DNA of 64,000 nt, taken from contig OZ244889.1 of NCBI GenBank assembly GCA_965221425.1, positions 2,843,854-2,907,853 on the forward strand. Reading direction: 5' to 3'. The translations under genes were made by a program, and so were the position numbers. Under the pieces are notes generated by a model, which saw only the letters and a list, made by a program, of their open reading frames with translations, was not told where the DNA came from and did not search any database. The stretch's first letter is position 1; the number at the start of each line of letters is the position of its first letter. Source of the DNA: Candidatus Poribacteria bacterium (lineage in GTDB: Bacteria; Poribacteria; WGA-4E; WGA-3G). Shown piece after piece: positions 36,173-44,012 of this stretch.

Positions 36173-37360
36173 ATGATTTCGCTATCGCAACGCAGTCAAA
36201 ACGTAACACCATCATCAACTTTAGCCATCACCGCGAAAATCAACGCGATGATCGCGGATGGCGTAGATGTTGTCAAATTCGGGGCAGGCGAACCCGATTT
36301 TGATACACCCGACTATATCAAAGCCGCCGCAATCACTGCACTTGATGCAGGATTCACAAAATACACACCTGTCCCCGGTATTCCTGAACTTCGGGAGGCA
36401 ATCGTGGACAAATTCAAAAATGACAACGGGCTGGAGTATACACCATCTCAAGTCATCGTTTCGTGCGGGGCAAAACACACCCTCTATAACATTATGCAAG
36501 CGATCTGTGACCCGGACGATGAAGTCATCTTTGCTGCGCCCTATTGGGTGAGTTATCCTCAGCAGATTAAGTTGGCAGGTGCTGTGCCACGCGTGATTGA
36601 AACCGCTGCCGAACAGAACTTCTGCATGCAACCCAATCAGGTAGAAGCAGCAATCACACCAAAGACAAAAGCGATTCTGATTAACAGTCCAAGCAACCCT
36701 ACCGGCACTACTTATGATGTGGAAACACTGAAGCAAATAGCAGCACTTGCAGTCAAACATCAGGTCTATCTCATCTCTGATGAAATCTATGAAGCACTGC
36801 TTTATGACGGTGCGACACATCAGAGTCCCGCGTCATTCAACGAGGAGACGAAAGCGATTACCTTTGTTGTCAACGGCGTATCCAAAGCGTATTCCATGAC
36901 GGGATGGCGTATCGGGTATACCGCAGGTCCCGAAGATGCGATTTCAGCGATGTCTCGCATTCAATCACACAGTACTTCAAATCCGACCTCCATTGCGCAG
37001 AAAGCTGCTGTCGCCGCACTGAATGAACCGCAAGATGCTGTTGAGGAGATGCGACAAGCATTTGAAGAACGCCGCGATGTTATCTGTCAACGTTTTGATG
37101 AGATTGACGGTGTAAGTTATGTCAAACCGCAAGGTGCATTCTACATTTTTCCCAATTTTTCTGAGCATTATGGCAGAACACTTGACGGTAAAAAGATTGA
37201 AGGGTCAATGGATATAACTGATTATTTTCTCAGTTCAGCAGGTGTTGGCGTTGTACCTGGAGACGGATTCGGTGCAGATAACAATTTACGGCTCTCCTTT
37301 GCTACCTCTCTGACAGAGATAAATCGTGGGTTAGATCGGATTAAGAAAGCGTTGGAATAA
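36173..37360 (+). CDS. class I PLP-dependent aminotransferase (aspartate aminotransferase-like)
   Basis: GEPDFDTP, NSPSNPTG and the PLP-lysine block SKAYSMTGWRIGY. Confidence 0.9.
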   Translation: MISLSQRSQNVTPSSTLAITAKINAMIADGVDVVKFGAGEPDFDTPDYIKAAAITALDAGFTKYTPVPGIPELREAIVDKFKNDNGLEYTPSQVIVSCGAKHTLYNIMQAICDPDDEVIFAAPYWVSYPQQIKLAGAVPRVIETAAEQNFCMQPNQVEAAITPKTKAILINSPSNPTGTTYDVETLKQIAALAVKHQVYLISDEIYEALLYDGATHQSPASFNEETKAITFVVNGVSKAYSMTGWRIGYTAGPEDAISAMSRIQSHSTSNPTSIAQKAAVAALNEPQDAVEEMRQAFEERRDVICQRFDEIDGVSYVKPQGAFYIFPNFSEHYGRTLDGKKIEGSMDITDYFLSSAGVGVVPGDGFGADNNLRLSFATSLTEINRGLDRIKKALE

Positions 37361-37400
37361 GGCAATTCTTTCTTGTGGGAAGGCTTTTTAAGCTCGCTTA

Positions 37401-37578
37401 CTGTCTGAATCGCGGATTAGCGCGGAGGGCACGGATTTTAAGAGTATCCGCGTTGTAGTCGCGCAATTCATTGCCAAATCAACGCCAAATGCGCTTGGCA
37501 GAACGCGCTTTTGACATTATGCATGATTTAGTGCCTCGGACATTCAGAATAGTAGGTGCGGTTAGGAAACCGCACCAC
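37401..37578 (+). repeat. mosaic repeat (CTGTCTGAATCGCGGA.. + CGGATTTTAAGAGTATCCGCGTT + ..AATTCATTGCCAAA.. + GGTAGGTGCGGTTAGGAAACCGCACC)
   Basis: Modules are shared with 4310-4350, 41484-41545, 43444-43477 and 12400-12500. Confidence 0.7.
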
Positions 37579-37696
37579 AACCCGAATAATAAAATAATCT
37601 ACATCAAAACGCGCCTACAGGGGTGCCTTTGTCTGAACCAGGATTTCCAAGATTATCAGATTTTCAGGATTAGGCGTTCGCACAAAAGGATTTAAC

Positions 37697-37725
37697 TTGA
37701 CATTATATATCCATTTGGATATAAT
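37697..37725 (+). promoter_or_regulatory. consensus sigma-70 promoter with an embedded palindromic operator; predicts a leaderless higBA mRNA
   Basis: TTGACA (37697-37702), a 17-nt spacer, and TATAAT (37720-37725). The spacer and -10 element contain TATATCCA-TT-TGGATATA, an 8-bp inverted repeat. The ATG at 37732 is only 7 nt after the -10 element. Confidence 0.6.
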
Positions 37726-37731
37726 TATACT

Positions 37732-38094
37732 ATGATGGACATAAAACGAGACTTGAAGCAAGTTGTTTGGGTTGGAAACGCCAAGAAAAAACTTAAAAAA
37801 TTTCCGAAATCTGTTCAAAAGGATGTAGGAGATGCTTTGTTTTCTGCACAAGCGGGAAGTTTACCTCCAGCGGCGAAACCTCTCAAGCACATCGGTCCAG
37901 GGGTTTTTGAAATACGGGCTACACATAAACCTAATACCTATCGTGCTGTGTATACCGTGAAAATTGGGGAGCGGATTTATGTCCTGCACTGTTTTCAGAA
38001 AAAAGCAAAGAGAGGTATAGAAACACCAAAGAAAGAGATAGCCTTAATCAAAGAGCGTCTGAAAATGGCACAAGAAAGGGAAGGAAAACTATGA
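37732..38094 (+). CDS. higB: RelE/ParE-superfamily toxin, phage Gp49/HigB-like
   Basis: 120 aa. F.IR......YR..Y.....RIYVLH.F.KK is the Gp49-like pattern. The toxin gene comes first and overlaps the downstream HTH gene by ATGA. Confidence 0.75.
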   Translation: MMDIKRDLKQVVWVGNAKKKLKKFPKSVQKDVGDALFSAQAGSLPPAAKPLKHIGPGVFEIRATHKPNTYRAVYTVKIGERIYVLHCFQKKAKRGIETPKKEIALIKERLKMAQEREGKL

Positions 38095-38522
38095 GCAAAA
38101 AAGTAAAATTTGAAGAGAGTTCAGGCAATGTTTTTGCAGATATCGATCTACCGGATGCGGAAGAATTGCATCTCAAAGCTCAACTTGGATATGAGGTGTT
38201 CCGGATTATAGAAGAACGAAAGTTAACCCAAGCTGAAGCTGCAGATATTTTAGGCGTAAAGCAACCTGAAATTTCTCGGCTCAAGAAGGGGAAGTTTAAC
38301 CATTACAGTGTTGAACGATTATTGACTTTTCTGACTCGTCTGAATCATGACATAGAAATTCGTACTACTCCCACTGAAAACAGGATAGGAGAAATACGGG
38401 TTATGAAAGAAGAACCTATGAATCAGACAACATTAGAACAACAAAACAGAGAAGAATCAGATAGAGACTTCATTCGAGACAAATTAATGGATATTGAGAC
38501 ATCTGAATCCAAGTTTGCATAG
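38091..38522 (+). CDS. higA: XRE-family HTH antitoxin (HigA-like) with a roughly 50 aa C-terminal extension
   Basis: LTQAEAADILGVKQPEISRLKKGK..HYSVERLLTFL is the HTH_XRE antitoxin pattern. The start is coupled to the toxin stop (ATGA). Confidence 0.75.
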   Translation: MSKKVKFEESSGNVFADIDLPDAEELHLKAQLGYEVFRIIEERKLTQAEAADILGVKQPEISRLKKGKFNHYSVERLLTFLTRLNHDIEIRTTPTENRIGEIRVMKEEPMNQTTLEQQNREESDRDFIRDKLMDIETSESKFA

Positions 38523-38532
38523 GAAAAGCCAG

Positions 38533-39633
38533 ATGATAAAAGATAATTTTGCCAAAACCACTGCTAAAACTGCCAAAGACTACGTTGATAAAGGTAGGGA
38601 GTTATTCAATCAGAAAGATCATAGTAGTGCCATATCCAACTTTGATAAGGCAATTCATGTAGACCCTACCTCAGCTTTAGCTTACCACGGCAGGGGAACT
38701 GTAAGGATATGCTTAGGACAACATCTTGAGGCCATTTCTGACTTCAATGAGGCTATTCGTTTAGACCCCAACTATGTAGATGCTTACAACAACCGAGGAT
38801 CTGCCAAAATAGATTTAGGGCAACATCTTGAGGCTATCGCTGACTTTGACGAAGCAATTCGTTTGGACCCTAATTATATAGATGCTTACTATAACCGAGC
38901 TCTCGCTAAAAACGAAATAAATCAATATATAGAAGCGATTTCCGACTTTAACGCAGCCATCCATTTAGTTCCAGACGATGCAATTTTTTATACTGATAGG
39001 GGAATCTCAAAAAGCAGGCTAAAACAGTATACTGAGGCTATTTCTGACTTTGATGAGGCAATCAGATTAGATCCAAACTTAGCAAGAGCATACAATAATC
39101 GTGGTATTGCGAAACGCAGAATGGGACAACATTTCGAGGCTCTCACTGACATTGATACAGCCATCCGTTTAGACCCTAAAGACGCAGTTTCATATAACAG
39201 CAGAGGGGCAGCAAAAGGTGAGCTCGGGCATTCTGAAGCTGCTATTGCTGACTTTGACGAGGCAATTCGACTTGACTCAGAATTTGTAACAGCCTACATC
39301 AACCGCGCCCTTGCCAAAAGCTTAATAGGCCGACATTTTGAGGCTATTTCCGACTTCGACACGGTCATCCGTTTGGATCCTAACTCCTACCAAGCTTATA
39401 ATGGTAGAGCAATAGCTAAAGCAGAACTTGGGCATTCTGAAGCTGCTATTGCTGACTTTGATGAGGCTATTCACAAAAATCCTGATTATACAGAAGCATA
39501 TTTCAATAGAGGGATCTCAAAAATAGAATTGGAGCATGAAGTAGGAGCAGCACAAGACTTCCAGAAAGCCTTAAGCTTAGCACAGGAAACGGGAGACGAA
39601 GAACTTATCGCCCAAATTAAGAAACAGATGTAG
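38533..39633 (+). CDS. TPR repeat protein (about 10 very regular 34-aa repeats)
   Basis: Repeating unit ..A..DFDEAIRLDPN...AYNNRG.AK..LGQH.EA. I prefer ATG 38533 over the TTG 38494 in the track. It starts 10 nt after higA ends. Confidence 0.8.
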   Translation: MIKDNFAKTTAKTAKDYVDKGRELFNQKDHSSAISNFDKAIHVDPTSALAYHGRGTVRICLGQHLEAISDFNEAIRLDPNYVDAYNNRGSAKIDLGQHLEAIADFDEAIRLDPNYIDAYYNRALAKNEINQYIEAISDFNAAIHLVPDDAIFYTDRGISKSRLKQYTEAISDFDEAIRLDPNLARAYNNRGIAKRRMGQHFEALTDIDTAIRLDPKDAVSYNSRGAAKGELGHSEAAIADFDEAIRLDSEFVTAYINRALAKSLIGRHFEAISDFDTVIRLDPNSYQAYNGRAIAKAELGHSEAAIADFDEAIHKNPDYTEAYFNRGISKIELEHEVGAAQDFQKALSLAQETGDEELIAQIKKQM

Positions 39634-39647
39634 TCACATCCGCCCTC

Positions 39648-39730
39648 TGGTAGGCGCGTTTACAAAACGCGCCGTTTATGTCAGTCTTAGGTCTGGCGCG
39701 GCGCGTTTACAAAACGCGCCTACAAGGGTA
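39648..39730 (+). repeat. two identical GGCGCGTTTACAAAACGCGCC hairpins between the TPR and methyltransferase genes
   Basis: Hairpins at 39653-39673 and 39700-39720, flanked by GGTAGG / CCTAC-like arms. They follow the same architecture as the GGTTAGGAAACC family but with a different loop. They may also act as terminators. Confidence 0.75.
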
Positions 39731-39788
39731 GGAACACGGGTAAGTGTGATTTCTAAACGCGCCTATATTAGACGAAAGTCAATCACTT

Positions 39789-41171
39789 ATGAACGTCCAA
39801 AACAGAACCATCTTCTCAAACGACAACCTCCCCGTGCTACGCGGCATGGACACCGAATCGGTTGACCTGATCTATCTTGACCCGCCCTTCAATTCCAATC
39901 GCAACTATGCAGCCCCTATCGGGAGCGAGGCAGCCGGCGCAGCGTTCAAAGACACATGGACACTCTTCGATGTAGACAACGCATGGCACGGCGAAATTGC
40001 CGATCGCGAACCGGCGCTCTATCAAGCAATCCACGCAGCCGAACTCACACACGGCAAAGGCATGAAGTCTTACCTGATTATGATGGCGGTGCGGTTGTTG
40101 GAGATGAAGCGTGTACTCAAAAAGACTGGAAGCATATACCTACACTGCGACCCAACTGCCAGTCATTATCTGAAGGTAATCATGGATAGCATTTTCGGCA
40201 AAAACAACTTCAGGTCTGAGATCACATGGAAACGGACAACATCTGCACAAAAAGGCTCTCAACATCGTAGTTTGCGGTGGGGTAATAATGCGGATATGCT
40301 TTTATATTATGCATCATCTCGTGAAGCATCATTGCGACCAGAAAAAGAATTGACAGCAGCCGAAATTCGGGAGAAATTCAAGCATGTTGACGAAAATGGA
40401 GAAAGGTATTACAACGACTCATCGCATATTTGGAGCACGCCAAATATGGGTGAACGTCCAAATCTCTGTTATGAATGGCGCGGGTTCGTTAACCCACATC
40501 CATCTGGGTGGCGGCTGAGCAAAGAACGTTTGGAGGAGGAATATCAAAAGGGAAACATCGTTATTCGTCCTGATGGAAAACTGGAGCGGCGAAAATATCT
40601 AAAAGATTACAAAGGTGCGTCCTATGGCAATATCTGGGACGATGTGCTTCCACCTGCAGGAGAGGAACGCACCGGCTATCCTACGCAAAAACCTATCGCC
40701 TTATTGGAGCGCATCATCAAAGCAAGCAGTAACAAAGAAGATATCGTGTTAGACCCGTTCTGTGGATGTGCCACCACCTGTGTTGCAGCAGAACGACACC
40801 AACGGCACTGGATCGGTATTGACATATCACCGAAAGCGGTTGATCTTGTGCGTGTGCGGTTAGAGAACGAGGTCGGACTTTTCGGAGACGTTATCCATCG
40901 CACAGATATTCCAAAACGGAGTGAGAAGTTACCGAACTATCGCACTCACAAACATACGTTGTTCGGTAAACAGGAAGGGTTATGTAACGGATGTCGGACA
41001 CAATTTCCGTTTCGGAACATGACGGTTGACCATATCGTGCCACAATCGCAAGGCAGCACCGACCATGAAGATAACCTACAACTGCTCTGTGGTGCATGCA
41101 ACTCTACAAAGGGACAAGGCACACAAGCGGAGTTGATTTCTCGGTTGAAAGCGCAGGGCGTTTTACACTAA
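39789..41171 (+). CDS. N6-adenine/N4-cytosine DNA methyltransferase (beta-class order) fused to a C-terminal HNH endonuclease
   Basis: Motif IV is IYLDPPFNS near the N-terminus. YPTQKP and motif I, VLDPFCGCATT, lie near aa 300-330. The C-terminal roughly 65 aa (nt ~40970-41171) read CNGC...VDHIVPQSQGSTDHEDNLQLLCGACNSTKG, an HNH motif with a CxxC...CxxC zinc pair. Confidence 0.8.
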   Translation: MNVQNRTIFSNDNLPVLRGMDTESVDLIYLDPPFNSNRNYAAPIGSEAAGAAFKDTWTLFDVDNAWHGEIADREPALYQAIHAAELTHGKGMKSYLIMMAVRLLEMKRVLKKTGSIYLHCDPTASHYLKVIMDSIFGKNNFRSEITWKRTTSAQKGSQHRSLRWGNNADMLLYYASSREASLRPEKELTAAEIREKFKHVDENGERYYNDSSHIWSTPNMGERPNLCYEWRGFVNPHPSGWRLSKERLEEEYQKGNIVIRPDGKLERRKYLKDYKGASYGNIWDDVLPPAGEERTGYPTQKPIALLERIIKASSNKEDIVLDPFCGCATTCVAAERHQRHWIGIDISPKAVDLVRVRLENEVGLFGDVIHRTDIPKRSEKLPNYRTHKHTLFGKQEGLCNGCRTQFPFRNMTVDHIVPQSQGSTDHEDNLQLLCGACNSTKGQGTQAELISRLKAQGVLH

Positions 41172-41235
41172 TTGGACATTATAATCAGCATTGATTCACC
41201 GCTTGTGCAGTAGTGGACGCGAACTAAATGAAGAT

Positions 41236-41346
41236 TATAGTGAAATCCACAATTACCTGGGCATTGGCGAGGTTAGGAAACCTCGCCAGCGGGATGAAGT
41301 GGAGATTGTTCATTGAAATGTCCACATATTTTCGGATTTTACTATA
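41236..41346 (+). repeat. MITE-like element, copy c
   Basis: TATAGTGAAATCCACAATTACCTGGGCATTGGCGAGGTTAGGAAACCTCGCCAGCG...TTGTTCATTGAAATGTCCACATATTTTCGGATTTTACTATA. Confidence 0.8.
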
Positions 41347-41483
41347 AATAATTAATTCGGAAATTTCTGTCCAATGCAGGTGTACCCCGCTGCTGGTGAG
41401 GCGGGGAATGCCTAAAGACGAATGTGCCAAATCAACGGTATGGATCATGGCGAATGCCATACGCGCATTCGTCTTTAAGCATT

Positions 41484-41545
41484 CCCCGGATTACACCGAT
41501 TTCGCGGATTTTAAGAGTATCCGCGTTTGTAAACGCGTAATTCAT
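41484..41545 (+). repeat. CGGATTTTAAGAGTATCCGCGTT module copy
   Basis: It shares CGGATTTTAAGAGTATCCGCGTT with 37432-37454 and is followed by the palindrome GCGTTTGTAAACGC. Confidence 0.6.
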
Positions 41546-41605
41546 CTGAATATAGGATAAACAATAGAAAGCACTTATAAAAATAGAAATAAAGGAGATA
41601 TTATC

Positions 41606-43315
41606 GTGACACAACCAAACTTAGTCTTTGTTATTACAGATGACCAAGGCTACGGTGATTTAGGATGCACCGGAAACTCTGTTATCAACACGCCGAATTT
41701 AGATGCACTTGCAGGAGAAAGCGTACAACTGCGAAACCTGCATGTCGGCCCTACCTGTTCCCCGACGCGCGCAGGCATCATGACCGGTAGATACTGCAAC
41801 TCAACAGGTGTGTGGCATACCATCGGAGGCAGATCACTTCTGCGAAGCGATGAGGTCACGATGGCAGATATCTTCAGGCGCAACGGTTATAAAACTGGCA
41901 TGTTCGGCAAATGGCATCTCGGCGACAACTATCCGTTCCGTCCGCACGACCGCGGCTTTGAAGAGGCACTCTACCACGGTGGCGGCGGTATCAGTCAAAC
42001 GCCTGACTATTGGGGTAACGACTATTTTGATGATACCTACTTTAGCAACGGGTCTGAACAGCCGTTTGAAGGGTATTGTACAGATGTATGGTTTCAAGAG
42101 GGGATGAAGTTTATTGAGCGAAATCAGAATCGTCCATTTTTCTGCTATATTCCAACCAATGCGCCGCACGGTCCGTTCCGTGTCCCTGATGCCTATAGTG
42201 AGGTATACCGAAGGAAAGGAGAACCAGAATCGCGCGCTTGTTTCTATGGCATGATTACCAACATAGATGACAACATGGCGCGACTCCGACACCATCTCAA
42301 AGTGCTTGGACTTGAGGAAAACACTATCCTGATCTTCATGACGGATAACGGATCTGCTAATGGCTGCGATTTAGATGGACAGCAGTTTGTCAAGTCTGGA
42401 TACAATGCTGGGATGCGTGGAAAAAAAGGGTCACCTTATGAAGGTGGACATCGTGTGCCGCTCTTTATGCATTGGCCCAATGGTGGCTTCTCACAAAAGA
42501 AAGAGGTTGACAAACTCACAGCTAACATTGACCTACTACCCACACTTATTGACCTCTGCGATTTAGAGGTGTCCGAAACATCTCGTTTCCACGGCACCAG
42601 CATCACACCGTTACTGCAAGATGAACCGGTGGAATGGGAAGATCGCGTGATTGTTACAGATTCACAACGGATTGAAAATCCGGTTAAGTGGAGACAGAGT
42701 GCCACTATGTCACAAAGATGGCGACTTATCAATGGTACCGAACTTTATGACATCCAAGCAGACCCTGAACAACGAGAGGATATTGCTGGCGACCATCCTG
42801 AAGTCGTCGCGGAACTACGCGAACATTATGAGTCATGGTGGACGTTAGTTTCGGAACGGTTTGATGAAGAGTGTCCAATTGTGGTGGGTACCCAAAACGA
42901 GCAACTTGCATGTATAACGACACACGACTGGCACGGCGGTGGCAACGCTTGGAATCAAGGGTCCATACGGAACGGTATGGAATGCAACGGGTATTGGGCA
43001 ATTGAGATTCCTGAAGATGGGGAGTATAGTTTCGAGTTGCGCCGCTGGCCCCGTGAAGAAAACAGAGCCATTACAGAAGGGATTCCTGGTGAGAAAATTG
43101 ATCTCTATAACGGTGGCCGCGCATTAGATTTAAAATCCGCACAAATCCGTATTGGTGATCAATCGGAGACACAATCTATTGATCCTGATGCAGTTGGCGT
43201 AACCTTTACGTTCAATCTCAAAGCAGGACAGACACGTCTACATACACAGTTCTCTGATGAAACAGGCGAATTGACACTTGGCGCGTATTATGTCTATGTA
43301 AAACGCGTGATTTAA
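41606..43315 (+). CDS. formylglycine-dependent sulfatase (arylsulfatase family), with no recognisable signal peptide
   Basis: GTG start. TDDQGYGDLG, the CSPTRAGIMTGR (C-x-P-x-R) motif, GKWHLG and DNGS. Confidence 0.85.
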   Translation: MTQPNLVFVITDDQGYGDLGCTGNSVINTPNLDALAGESVQLRNLHVGPTCSPTRAGIMTGRYCNSTGVWHTIGGRSLLRSDEVTMADIFRRNGYKTGMFGKWHLGDNYPFRPHDRGFEEALYHGGGGISQTPDYWGNDYFDDTYFSNGSEQPFEGYCTDVWFQEGMKFIERNQNRPFFCYIPTNAPHGPFRVPDAYSEVYRRKGEPESRACFYGMITNIDDNMARLRHHLKVLGLEENTILIFMTDNGSANGCDLDGQQFVKSGYNAGMRGKKGSPYEGGHRVPLFMHWPNGGFSQKKEVDKLTANIDLLPTLIDLCDLEVSETSRFHGTSITPLLQDEPVEWEDRVIVTDSQRIENPVKWRQSATMSQRWRLINGTELYDIQADPEQREDIAGDHPEVVAELREHYESWWTLVSERFDEECPIVVGTQNEQLACITTHDWHGGGNAWNQGSIRNGMECNGYWAIEIPEDGEYSFELRRWPREENRAITEGIPGEKIDLYNGGRALDLKSAQIRIGDQSETQSIDPDAVGVTFTFNLKAGQTRLHTQFSDETGELTLGAYYVYVKRVI

Positions 43316-43443
43316 AATACAGAGTCTAAAAAATGTTATGGGACAGCAGGCTGCCGTTCCATGCCCCTTCTTTTTCAGGGTGTGTAAATATTTTGGCAAA
43401 AGTTTGGGATAAGGTGCGTTGTTTGAGACGTTTCCCATTTTTG

Positions 43444-43477
43444 CTGTCTGAATCGCGGATTATCGCGGAGGACACAC
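43444..43477 (+). repeat. CTGTCTGAATCGCGGATTATCGCGGAGGACAC module copy
   Basis: The same module occurs at 4314-4345, 7536-7565 and 37401-37432. Confidence 0.65.
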
Positions 43478-43742
43478 ATACAAAAAACTTTACACCTCTT
43501 CTTTTTCAACGCCGCTTGCACAAAATCGTGCAGTCATCTCTTCTGCTTGTTCCATTTCGGAATTTAATCTTGATATACCAGACTTATGAATAGAACAAAT
43601 GGCAATGATGTGTTCAGAGCTCTGACAGGGTTATTTAGTTTTCGATTTTTCTGGTATATTTTCACATTTTCATATAAACGAATACATAAGCAAAGTAGTA
43701 GGCACACACCGTGTGTCATCCACCCCAAAATGTGAAGCGGAC

Positions 43743-43886
43743 GGCACGCGGATGAAGTTTAAAAAATAAATGGGTAATGTGGCGAGGTTAGGAAACCTCG
43801 CCAGCAGCAGGTGCACATCTCTGCTGGCAATGTTTCCTAACCTCGCTAAATTACCGAATTAATAACTTAAACTTCATCCGCGTGCC
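43743..43886. repeat. 144-bp near-perfect palindrome upstream of sigma-WD1
   Basis: The outer arms are GGCACGCGGATGAAGTTTAA (43743-43762) and TTAAACTTCATCCGCGTGCC (43867-43886). The inner arms are GGCGAGGTTAGGAAAC and GTTTCCTAACCTCGC, around CAGCAGGTGCACATCTCTGCTG. Confidence 0.8.
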
Positions 43887-44012
43887 TGCTACCCTTAATG
43901 GAATATTCAGATAAAGAATTCAAATTTGCCTCAATTATGACAATCATGCAACCTTTTAACTTTTAAATCGCGTCATTAATTACTGTAAGCACACGGTATA
44001 ATGAGGACTCTA

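Noticed and set aside
36221-36820. A 199-aa antisense ORF in the aminotransferase gene, and a 185-aa antisense ORF (18123..18680) in the helicase gene.
   Set aside because: The opposite strand carries unmistakable family motifs (SKAYSMTGWRIGY, VDEFQD and others). The antisense translations carry none.
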